Part shown: one piece after another, positions 25,221 to 36,972 of the stretch | How positions within the stretch are numbered: the first letter of the stretch is position 1 | How the letters are laid out: every line of letters starts with the position of its first letter | Source of the DNA: Antedon mediterranea | Lineage: Eukaryota > Animalia > Echinodermata | Assembly (NCBI RefSeq): GCF_964355755.1 | Contig: NC_092671.1 | Coordinates: forward strand, 40,124,304-40,188,303 | Direction: 5' to 3' | Length of the DNA stretch: 64,000 bases | The notes under the pieces: generated by a model | What the model saw: only the letters and a program-made list of their open reading frames with translations | Told to the model about the DNA's origin: nothing | The model's database searches: none | Translations under genes and position numbers: made by a program

Positions 25221-26769
25221 ATATTCTGATGGTTTTACATTCTATGGGCTGACCTGGGCATGGATGTCAAACTTGCATGTTAAAGGACAACTTTACCGAG
25301 AATCATATTTTGACAACATAGTAGGAATGATTTCAGAACAATTGCAAAATTTACGTTATGTCAAAATATTGTTCTGGGTAAAGAAAGAGTTTATAATATG
25401 CTGTTTAGTATTTAGACATCAATATTACAGTTCATCTCATTGTAAATATTATCTGGTCATATACATTTTAGATTACTAAATTTATAGGCCCGGTTAAATA
25501 TGATAAATTAAATGCAAAAAGAGATTTTAAAACAGCACTTGGCACCTAGCAGCAACTGTGATTAACCCTTCAAACTGACAACTTCAACAATTCAAAATGA
25601 CCTCATTCCAATCAATATCAACTAACCATATGATATTAGCTAATTATTTGAAATCATACACTTAATGCAAACTAGACTGACTGAATAGATTGACTTAACC
25701 TCACTGTACAATGTTCAGCACTACATTAGAATCATTTTAAACAGTCTTAATGTAAATGTAATGTGTCCTAGGCCTAAGCCATTTTATTTTGAAGGAACTC
25801 AGTACTCATCAATATGCAGACTCCACTCCCTTTTGTCTTTCTTTGTTATGCATAAATACACCATTTGGTTTGTTATTTCCACTCCACTGGCTTAATCTGG
25901 CATATTGTACATACACTATATGTATACAGTGTACACTACACTAACAAATAAGGGATCCAGGTACAGTACAGTAGCTAACACATCCAGAGAGGCAAGGGAA
26001 GGATTTCTCATTATTTCCCCATTTACATTCTGAGGAGTGTATTCCATATTCCATCAAACTACCTATTATTGGTATTGAAAACCATAGTAAATAAATTCAT
26101 CAATTCATATTAGTATGTACTAATCTAACTTATCACCGTTGTTGGTAAAGATTTAATATTTAATAACCTTATTAAATTAATTCATCAACTCGTATAAGTA
26201 TGTACTTATAATCCTTTTAACATTTAAATTTGATTAAGTTAATCATGAATATGAAGAATAGATGTATAATAGGCTAATTATGGCCCACTTGTAGATTACT
26301 GTCAGATCCCGGTGTTAAATAACAACCAAAAAGAAATAAGTACAGACTTGTAATCGATGATATTTACTTACTTACGTGTGCAAACATGCTTCTGTAATAA
26401 TCATACAGTTAGTCATAACTTAAATTATGATATTTGAAAATACTTCTTGTTTTACCAATTTAATATTTGTTCTGAAATATATTGTTAATATTATAATAAG
26501 TCCGAACTTATTATTAGTTAATTGATAGTTTTGATGACTGATATTAAGCAAATTTGTTTAAGTTAGGTTGTGTTGACTTAAGTTGAATAATAATGAGAAG
26601 AAAGTACTTTCATGATGACATAACCCAACTACTATAACTACTGGAAGGGACTTATTAAATTATAGTATATTATGTTAAGAACAGTAACTTAATATAGCCT
26701 AACCAATAATGATTCAGTGATGTAGCATACAGTAACAGGTTTAGGGTACATACAGTAGGTGCCACATAC

Positions 26770-26955
26770 TGAATTGAATTGAAATATTTATATAATATAC
26801 ACTGGGCGACCTCTTCAGTCAAAGACTGGTCTCCTAGAAGGCCCAGTTATGATCAGTGGCTGTGATGTACTAGTACACCGGGGTGACCCCCTACTCGTCT
26901 CGAAAGATGTACTAGATTCTTTAAAGTAAACATGAGCTAGATGTGTACACTGTAC
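26770..26955 (-). mobile_element. Deu/Nin-domain SINE, 3' half with (TTCAA)n tail
   Basis: Minus strand reads TTAAAGAATCTAGTACATCTTTCGAGACGAGTAGGGGGTCACCCCGGTGT, resembling the DeuSINE/AmnSINE1 central domain as recalled. Confidence 0.65.
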
Positions 26956-27554
26956 CTATGGTTTATAGTCCTTAATACTGTAGAATACATACAGTAGTAA
27001 TACTGTATGTACTTTGGTGAGGAAGGACACAAATCCTGTACATCACATATTACTACTGAATTTGCCAGCACTAAGCTGATTTCATAATTATTTCTTTTAC
27101 TGAGAAAATATGGTTTATTCAGAGCCAAGTTGACGTTTTCATGAAACACTAATTTCCATAATATTAACCGTTTTAAATGAAAATTGAGTGTCCTAAATTA
27201 AATTTGATTTAATATCTAGATATTACATTGGCAAGTTTCTGAGAAACTGACTTCATCATTTCTGTTTTTAAACAAAGCAAAAAGCTTTGGCAACATTGAA
27301 ACAAACATCTAAAAATTGATTCATAATTTCAAAATTAAGACAATGAAAACAATATCATGAATGATTCTTTTTTTAGGTACTGCACTGCTATACAGACAGT
27401 AATGTACTGTAGGATGCAGTATAATGACTGTTACTGTCATCAAGATAGAGCATTCTTTTTTAAAATGTCATACGCATCCAGCTTTATTGTGCTTATAAGC
27501 TAAGTCTCATTTAAAGCTTAGTAGGGAGTAGGAAGTTAGAACCCTGGCAAAGGT

Positions 27555-27618
27555 CAGGATTGAACCCTGGAACTTGGGATTAGAAGACAAGCATGTTAAA
27601 CCACCAAGCTACAGCTCC
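27555..27618 (-). mobile_element. Degenerate tRNA-derived SINE head
   Basis: Minus-strand A-box-like TAGCTTGGTGG and B-box GGTTCAATCC. Confidence 0.5.
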
Positions 27619-28016
27619 ACTACATTCTCCCCATTGATAGAGGAACTGTACAATGCTATAAACATTGTGTCATTTAATCACCCTATTGTTAATATTATAA
27701 TTCTAAACTGCATAATTCAGGATGTAACATATTATCCAGGAAGCTCTTGACAGTATTACACAATACATGCTAGCCAATAAAATACACCTGATTGGCCGAT
27801 ACCGGTGCTATTGGCTGCTTATTGTGCCATTACACCTGAAGTATTTTCCGGACTTCTACTAGTAATAAATTGTAATTAACAATACCATTAGCAACAATGA
27901 AGGGTATTTTTATGTTTTTACTGTCAAGTAATTTTGTCTAGTTTTGCTCGCTGTACCCGCTCTCATATACTTCTTTTTCTTAAGTGTAAAAATAGACCTA
28001 CTGCAAATTCAGAAAA

Positions 28017-28106
28017 TCCTTTATAATTACAGTACCTTGTACAGGTATCAGATTGATATATCCTTTATAATTACAGTACCTTGTACAGGTATCAGATTGA
28101 TATATC
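28017..28106. repeat. 44-bp tandem duplication
   Basis: TCCTTTATAATTACAGTACCTTGTACAGGTATCAGATTGATATA occurs twice. Confidence 0.9.
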
Positions 28107-28131
28107 TGTATTTTTGATTAATTTTTGTTTA

Positions 28132-28280
28132 AAACTTTATGTGAGAATAAAATGTGATGTGCCGATATATGGACATGATGTCATATCACTACCATATTTG
28201 GGCATATCTCTTACTACCGTACCATATTTGGGTACATCACACTTTTTTTGTCAAACTAGTTTGATAGTGTAGACAGAGCT
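28132..28280. mobile_element. MITE family A copy 8 (left TIR mostly lost)
   Basis: Core plus intact right TIR followed by TTA. Confidence 0.8.
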
Positions 28281-29742
28281 TTATGTCTATAATCTGTAGA
28301 TTTGAAAAGTGCTGTATTTTCTCAAAAAATCATGTTTAAATGTTTAAACTAACTCATGTCCTTTGCACTCTTCTTACATACTTACTGCCGGGGGTAAGTT
28401 TTACCCAAAACTAACTTGAGCGGTTTTTTTGTCAGGAAGTAAATATAAGAATTGCATTAAAGGGACGAAAAATAAAACGACATTAATTAGTTTTCAAATT
28501 AACTTCCTATACAGTGCTGCAATTGATTACATCATTAAATATTAATAGTTTGATCTTGGCAGTTAAATATTGCATATCATTTTCAAACCCAACTGTAAAC
28601 AGTTTTTTATACACAGCTAAAATGTTTTATCTTTTATTCATAAGTGAATTTTTACTAGACTGAAGTTTTCTTGTCTCTGGTTTTGGAACATTTTTAGTTT
28701 CCGTTTATCATTCACTAATCATTTTAACAATTAAAAAAAAAATTACATTAAAACATATCACTATCACTATTGAAATTAAATAGTATTATTATTTTCATTC
28801 ATCATACACATTCATAAACATGCATACATAAACATAGTACAAAGATGTATAAAAATATAAAAACTAAATATATTCAAATATCAAGAAGCTCTTCTACTAG
28901 AAAATGTCACACCTAGTAATTTGATAAAAACTTGTGAACCCAATTGATTCCAGTCAAACGCACACCAAATCATTCATAAACTACGATTCAATGTTTGTGT
29001 TCTTTTGAGCGTTTAGTTATCTTGTCTGTCAAAGCATTAATGCGTATGAAGGGTTGCATCATTTACACTTGACTGCTGCGGTCCAGAAGTGTCTAATAAT
29101 TTGGAAAACGTTGTCATGTTAAATGGTGTGCTTAAGTACAAGCCTCAAAATCATAGATCTACCAATAGATTGTTTGTTTAATAAAGCTTGTCTATTTGTT
29201 GGTCTTCTCCCCTCATTATCTTTTTTTATTTAGTGTTAAACTTGAACTATTATTTTGTAAACCAATTTTTGAATTATTTTGTTAAAGTAATCTGAGGTCT
29301 ATACTTTACAAACCTGCTGGTTTCTTAAGAACCCATTTCATCATTTTCTTACTTCATTGTACATACTGTTATTTTATTTGTGATTTGATGAATAAATGTA
29401 TAATTTGTATTTGTAATAGAGGTAAATTATTATTGGATACTTGAGCATAAAGAAATAAGTACAGTACCTACAGTACATGGTAGTTCAGAAGGACAATTTA
29501 CACTACTACAGTAGGCCTACTCTGAGGCCTACAGAAACACATGTACAAACAGCATTAACACCATAATAAGGAACCCATGGAGTTAAAATATGACCCATTT
29601 GGGATCTTTTTCTCTACCAGGGGGGTAATCACCATGGTAACCAGCTAAAACATGACGTCCCAAAGGAGACAAAATAAATAACTTTGAAATAACAGACTCT
29701 ACATTCATGATCATTATTTTTTTTTAATTTCAAAATAAAACA

Positions 29743-30000
29743 TTAAAGATGTATTGTCTCCAAAAAACATGAAAAATGGAGACTAATAAAATCGGACTTT
29801 AAATAGGCCATTTTGTAGTTTTAATAAAGTTATTCACTAATGTAAAAAAACAATTATTTTACTTTATAAAAAGACAAAAGAAACGTTTAATTTTAACCAA
29901 AAACCATTATCTGACATACTGTACAAAGTATTTTTTCCTTTAAAATGGTCAAAGTGAATAACTGCAGTATTATGTAATATTAAAATGGCATATTAAAAAT
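29743..30000. mobile_element. Dispersed repeat, possibly a Kolobok-like non-autonomous element; related copy at about 21470-21675
   Basis: Starts TTAAAGATGTATTGTC; shares AGGCCATTTTGYAGTTTTAWTAAAGTTATTCACT with 21497-21530. Confidence 0.4.
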
Positions 30001-30056
30001 GTGAATTGAAAAAAAAAAATTTGTTTTAATAAAACAAAACACTGGTACAGACATAC

Positions 30057-30122
30057 TGTTAGCCTAGTAACATTGTAATGTTAGCCTAGTAACATTGTAA
30101 TGTTAGCCTACTAACATTGTAA
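30057..30122. repeat. 22-bp tandem repeat x3
   Basis: GTTAGCCTAGTAACATTGTAAT units. Confidence 0.9.
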
Positions 30123-30147
30123 TTTAACATGTATTTTATTCATTCAA

Positions 30148-31038
30148 TAAGTAATGTTATCAGACACATTCACTTACTGTATCTTTACATTCATTCTATT
30201 CACATACAGATTAGTAAGTAATGTTATCAGACACATTCACTTACTGTATCTTTACATTCATTCTATTCACATACAGATTAGTAAGTAATGTTATCAGACA
30301 CATTCACTTACTGTATCTTCACATTCATTCTATTCACATACAGATTAGTAAGTAATGTTATCAGACACATTCACTTACTGTATCTTTACATTCATTCTAT
30401 TCACATACAGATTAGTAAGTAATGTTATCAGACACATTCACTTACTGTATCTTTACATTCATTCTATTCACATACAGATTAGTAAGTAATGTTATCAGAC
30501 ACATTCATTTACTGTATCTTTACATTCATTCTAGTTACATACAGATTAGTAAGTAATGTTATCAGACACATTCACTTACTGTATCTTTACATTCATTCTA
30601 TTCACATACAGATTAGTAAGTAATGTTATCAGACACATTCACTTACTGTATCTTTACATTCATTCTATTCACATACAGATTAGTAAGTAATGTTATCAGA
30701 CACATTCACTTACTGTATCTTTACATTCATTCTATTCACATACAGATTAGTAAGTAATGTTATCAGACACATTCACTTACTGTATCTTTACATTCATTCT
30801 ATTCACATACAGATTAGTAAGTAATGTTATCAGACACATTCACTTACTGTATCTTTACATTCATTCTATTCACATACAGATTAGTAAGTAATGTTATCAG
30901 ACACATTCATTTACTGTATCTTTACATTCATTCTAGTTACATACAGATTAGTAAGTAATGTTATCAGACACATTCACTTACTGTATCTTTACATTCATTC
31001 TATTCACATATAGATTAGTAAGTAATGTTATCAGACAC
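30148..31038. repeat. 67-bp tandem satellite, about 13.3 copies
   Basis: Unit TAAGTAATGTTATCAGACACATTCACTTACTGTATCTTTACATTCATTCTATTCACATACAGATTAG. Confidence 0.97.
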
Positions 31039-31612
31039 TCTCAGATATTAATCTATCATGATATCACATGATGTCACAGGTTTTCGGTGAGATTTATCAC
31101 ATCATACAGTATGTTTTCAGTATGAGTTATCAATATGCAGTTATCCAGTATATAATTAATGATATATTGTATTATGTATGACAAATTTCTCAAAGATTAT
31201 GTTTTCTTAAACACATGTTTAACGCTCTATAATTCAAAATCTCAGAAATAAAATAGAAATATTTTTACTGAAATCTTAACAAGATCCAATGCCAATTTTT
31301 GTATCTACAGACTACAGTATTAGAAATATTGTACAATATGTTGTATTCAATCTTTTAAATGATAAAATATTAATATTAAACTGATAACTGAGGGACTTGT
31401 TAGGCTTAACTTCTAATCTGTCCAACTACGACCATGTTCAGTCTATTTTTTGCCTGCTTACCTGGATAAACCGACAATATAGCCCTCTCTCTCCGAAGAG
31501 AGGAGACAATTACAAAAAGAGAAAATTTAAGCACTCCTATAGGATTTGTATAGTATTGCACACATTTTAAATAATGAAATTATTATGATTATTTTTGCTT
31601 TGTTTTTTTCAG

Positions 31613-31671
31613 AATAAATGAAGAATGATATAATGTTACTTAACCAACACTGACTTGAGAATTCTTAAAAC
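31613..31671 (+). other. Candidate non-coding SHANK 5' UTR exon
   Basis: Long T-tract and CAG acceptor, GTAAGT donor at 31672. Confidence 0.35.
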
Positions 31672-32319
31672 GTAAGTAGTTATTTTAAAGAATTTTTTAA
31701 TTATTTAACAACATGCACTGTTGTATGTACATTACACAATGTACACTTTCCCTGAATATGTAGTTATGCAATGAGTGAACCTGGTCAAATATTTACTAAG
31801 TCCCTGCATATTTAGCTTAGTATTGATTAGCAGTGAATGAGTTGGAACTTAACGTTTCCTATTGGACCGTTTCACCTGTAAGTACGCTTATTATTGTCAT
31901 GATTAATTGTGTTTTTTTTATGTGAATCAATATGCAAATTTCAGAAAATAAAATATAGTTCAAATTGAACACTGATATATTATGTGTATTTATAGAAATT
32001 AAATTATGTAACTGAAATATGTATAATGTACAGTACTACTACTAGTAATAGATTACTGTAGATGATGGATATTAGCACTTACTGTAGTGAGAAGAAAAGG
32101 TTGAATTCAAGTCAAAAACCTACAGAATGATGACTGTCCCAACACTGCAATAAGAAGGCATTTATATTGCCCGATTATTACAACTTTAAACTCTTTCTTT
32201 TTTTATCTGTACATAATATTTATATTTATATATTTTTTAGATTCAATTTTAACGATTGTTCAATTTGATGCCTCGCAATTTTTAAATTTGTATATCTTTG
32301 TATTTCTATTGTTTACTTG

Positions 32320-32700
32320 TATGTTCAAGTGCAGTATTATGGAGAGCCATCTCGATAGTGCTTTGCACTCATGGCAATCCTCAGGGTGCTGCACCGCTGT
32401 CTATATGTTCAAGTGCAGTATTATGGAGAGCCATCTCGTTAGTGCTTTGCACTCATGGCAATCCTCAGGGTGCTGCACCGCTGTCTTGTCATGTATTTTT
32501 GTGCCTGAAAATTTAATAAAATAAAATAAATAAAATAACTAACTATTATCATGGAAAAAAAAAACCTCCATGCTATTACTGTATTATGTCGGGGGCTGGG
32601 ACTCGATAAGTATTTTACTTATTTCTAGCCTTCCTATGTTAATGCCATTAATACTATTATTGTTAAAATTTTATCAGAAAAAAGAAATTAAATAAATTTG
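32320..32700 (+). mobile_element. LINE (CR1/L2-clade-like) 3' ends, with an 84-bp tandem duplication
   Basis: Duplicated stem-loop unit at 32320 and 32404 followed by an (AAAT)n tail; second 3'-end-like motif GGGGCTGGGACTCGATAAG..CTAGCCTTCC at about 32591. Confidence 0.5.
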
Positions 32701-35057
32701 AATTGACATTTTCTGTAATTAAAATCCATTTTAAGTAGCATGATCAATAGAGAAGTGATGTTTTTTAAAAGGACTGGCTCCGAGATCTCTGGTTATAATT
32801 GTCAAATTTCTCCAAATCTGAATTTTAGAAATGCTCAGTTTATTTGTATGATATGATGCCCTTGATCTTTCATAATAATTGTTTAATATAAGATAACTGC
32901 ATGTAATTAACTGTTTTGCTAGCTTTGCAAGGACAATTGTGAAATTGAAACAATTTATTGTAAGGTTATAATTTTTAGTACAATGCAGAGGCAAGATACA
33001 TCACCAACAGAGGGCAGTGTCTGTTTCATTTTCAAAACAAGAATCTGAACTTCTTTACAGAAATATTTTTATTCTGATGATTTTGCTTTTGTTTTGATGC
33101 AATTGTAATACATATTTCTGTGTATAATATATGTTTCCAAAACAATACAGCAAATAGAAACAAGGTGAGAAAAACAAATGACTAAAAAATGCTTTAAATA
33201 TAATTATTAATATAAAATACTGTGCTGTGCTGGGGGATTGGGGGTGTGGTGGAAACAGAAAATTTCAGACAAGACGAGCGCCTCGACTTGATTTTATGGA
33301 TAGGATCAATATACAGAAAAGTGTAACCCCTTTTACAAATCATGAATAGAGTATTGGACAATAGGATCTGTTTAGAGTCTATTTTAACTCAGTTTATGAA
33401 CATTTTTAACTAAGGAGATGAAGAATTTGGTTGAGCCTTGAACACAAATACTTCTTTTGTGATGTGCAGGCCTCTGTTCATGACTTCATGTAACAAATTA
33501 CTAATTGGCTTCTTCTATCAGTCGGCACAAGTCTACAGTTGTAAAATAATATATGCTCTGTTTGTGTTTAATCCTCCCCTGATTTTATACTGAATATACT
33601 CATTAAAATTCTAGTCAGTTTGATTATAATAAACTTCCAATTTGAAATAATATTTTAAATACTTGCAGCATTGTTTAGTTTTTTATAATAGATTCTGATT
33701 CTCTAATTGCATACAAATCCTGGTATAAACACAACAGAGGCGTAAGTAAATACATTTCATGCAGTATGCATCTATAATTTGCATGTACCCTGGTACTCTT
33801 TGTTTTGTATCTCTACAACTCATGCTATAACCTAATGAACTTCTAATGGCAGTAGAATCTATTCAGGTGCTTACAGGTCTCAGGTAGGCCTTTTATATGC
33901 AAATGGAAATTCCAACGTGCCCTTATTCAAACCTCTTTATTTCTTCACGGTTGATCGCCTCTTTTGAGTACATGGTTGCGCAAAGTGGTGCCAGAGTTTA
34001 AAACTGATTACCCACGATTCAATATGCTTAAGTAATGCCCAATAACACATGCCCAATTGCCTTAAGATACTTTCTACCTGTACCCATATTTCATTTGCTG
34101 TGCTGTTGGTAGCTAATGTTGTTTTGTTGGAAAACATTCAGTATTTAGTGTTTTTTTTATCTCTGCATTGTCCCTGGAATTCACATGTTTTTGTAACCAG
34201 CGTTTATGCCAGTATGTTTCTATTATTTTAAGATTCTTTTATTTTACATTTATAACTCGGATGTTACTAACTGACGTTGTTGAGGTTTGTTGATCCGTTT
34301 GGAAAAACGTATTCTGATCATTTCTCAAGTTTCTCAGCTGAAAGAATTGTTTATGCACGGTCATAAAATTGTATCTGCCGGTTTGGATATTTTATCATGA
34401 TGTTTGTATAATGCGAACTTTAAAATAATGTCATTCCGTAACCTTGCTCTCGTAAATGTACCATAGTTTTGATTATTGTTACGGTTGAGTAAACATCTTT
34501 TACTCAGTATAACGCTTCATGTAGATCAATATTGTTTATCAAAAAGTCCTCAAAAACAAACATAAGGAATAGAAGAATTGTTGACATTACCATTGAAGGA
34601 GTGCTGCTTAAATAGTCATTTTGTATACAGTGCTGAATGTGAAGTGACAGTTAAAATCTCAGTTCTAGCGCATTGTTTGTCTTCAACTCTCGGAAGTTTT
34701 TGTTAAAAAGATTCATGTTTCTAATGGTACAATTACCAGGAGACAATTTCTAGGACCAGAGGAAATGTTGTAAAATAGTCATTGATGTTTTCAATTTCTG
34801 GTTATTTTGATGGCTTGCATTAAAACAAGTGTTTACATGATACAAACAAGGTGGTGCATGACACACCTACTTGTTTAGAGGTCTACCATCATCTTCGAAC
34901 ATTCATCAAGCTACAATAGCACTCAGGAGAACATTAAAACAATCGCTAAAGCCATCATAAACTGATGAATAATGTGCTGATGACATTAGCAGACTTTCTT
35001 TTGACAACTGTGTTTATAACCTGTGTCACCTAGTCTGACCCCTTCCTCATGTACTGT

Positions 35058-35071
35058 GTTGCCATGGATAC
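35058..35071. promoter_or_regulatory. Near-consensus RFX X-box
   Basis: GTTGCCATGGATAC. Confidence 0.5.
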
Positions 35072-36220
35072 TCAGCAGGGGAAATTATTGGAAGTATTTT
35101 TACTGATTCTAAGAACAGTTTTCTAATCTATGTCCTTATTGCAGCTAAGGTATCCTTTTATATTAATTTGCATTAACCTGGCAAAAGTAAAGTTACTGAC
35201 AATTCTTGTTATTTGCTTGTTCATATTTAAATTATACATTTACACCGGAAATTAGTTAAATAACTGTGACTGCCCATAACAATTAATTGTGTTAAGTTCC
35301 TTCAAACTAGTAGTTCAAGTAGGAATTACAAAGCATTTGTACAAAACAAAAACACAACTGATTGTCCTACTATTATACTTTAAAACATCTTTTATAATAT
35401 GTAACAGAGAAACAAACAATGGATTGTGGTTCTTTATGAAGTGAGCTATGATTGGCTAAGTCTAACTTTGTCTTTGTTAAGTTCCTTTGATTTTCACCTA
35501 TTCTATAATTTTGGTGCAAACACGTTCTTGACTCCTATAAAATTTTGTCCATTTAAACAAACCACAAACTTTGGTAGACTAAATAAACGTGCACAGTTTC
35601 ATTGTGGATTTTATAGTAGAAGCAGTTCAGGAAGAAGTATTGATTTTTGCGTTCCATAGTTAAAACATCACGGTCAAGTATAACTATTGATTTTCAAAGG
35701 TTTACTAAGTTTACCGATTGCTATTTTTCATCCTTAACGATTTTGATTCTAGACGAGTTTTTTCAAATGTGTAGACTTGTATGAGGCCAGTTGTAAGAAG
35801 AACTGTGTTTTGATTAATTACTTCGAAAATGCGCGATTCTTCAATGTTTTCATCAAGTTCACTTTTCATGTTGTAAACAGCAGTGTTCAAGATATTCTAA
35901 CATTGTATTTTTAAAAATAACACATCCTTTGTATAATATAACAAAAACAGTGTATTATCAGACTATGGTAGACTGTACTATTCACTGTTGTGGAACAGTT
36001 CTTTAAGTTTGAAGCTTAAGAATATTCTGAGATACTTCCCATTACTTAAAGGCTGTACATTCGTTACTCAATCCAGTTAAGTACAGACTGATTGATTTTT
36101 AGTTTGATTTGGAAGAAAATGTCCAGAGTTTTAAATTGCAGACAATCAAGATAAAATTACTATTTTACCATTTGAGTTTTGGATGTAGAACTACAAGGTA
36201 AAACTAAACTTGATAGTAGA

Positions 36221-36691
36221 ATGAATACATTACTTATTGGTTATGATAGCGATGCCAGCGATTCAAGTTCCGACACAGTTATCGAGTTTGCTCTATCTAA
36301 TAATAGTATCGCTAACGGATCAGATCAAGGTGTCTCGGATATTCCCGACGATATTTTAGAAAGTCTCTCTAAGCAGGATATTAATCAATCGAGTGCACCA
36401 TCTTCAGTTCCAAAGCTTTCCCTACAGAGTCCTGATGACAATAATAATAATAAAGTAGGCGGATATTTGGATTTAACAATTACTGGGAGAATCAACTTGA
36501 CTTCTTTGGATTTAGAACTTGTAGCAAAGTTTATGGACTTTCTTCAAAATCGCCAGATTGAAGCATGTATGTTTATAGATGAAATCGGTGAATCAACAAC
36601 AGACGAAGTTGAATGTGAAAATGATATAACTGTTCATTCAAACAATCATATAAGAGTTGATGCGAATAATTCAATTGACGATTTAAAGAAG
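36221..36691 (+). CDS. SHANK: Candidate alternative SHANK N-terminal coding exon (157 aa, acidic/Ser-rich)
   Basis: Open frame from ATG 36221 to a phase-0 AAG|GTGGGT donor, compatible with the phase-0 acceptor at 50045. Confidence 0.55.
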
Positions 36692-36784
36692 GTGGGTTAT
36701 CTATTTATGATTAATGACTATCAGTAGTAGTACAGTAAGAGTATTAAACAATATCCCTTAACTGTATTGGATTAAATCCATTCC

Positions 36785-36972
36785 ACCGGGGTAACCCCCT
36801 ACTACTCTCGACAGATGTATTAGGTTCTTTAAATTGCACATGAGCTAGATGGACCTAAGACTCGACGTTCTACCACCAGAACCATGGAGCGAGTGAGGCT
36901 TGAACCCTTGCCAATGTTATGGCTTGGTATTATGGTCCTACTGTCTTAACCACTTGGTCACTCACTCACTCG
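36785..36972 (-). mobile_element. Deu/Nin-domain SINE, 5' half with tRNA-derived head
   Basis: Matches 26877-26945; minus-strand A-box (TGACCAAGTGG) and B-box (GGTTCAAGCC). Confidence 0.65.

Noticed and set aside
24917-25479. Overlapping ORFs of 98 and 126 aa
   Set aside because: They are products of the 86-bp tandem duplication, with no homology or splice support.
32288-32524. ORFs with a duplicated Cys/His peptide
   Set aside because: They derive from an 84-bp duplicated LINE-like 3' end.
33880-34990. Possible decayed transposase on the minus strand
   Set aside because: Slightly coding-like composition, but only short ORFs and no catalytic motif I can identify.
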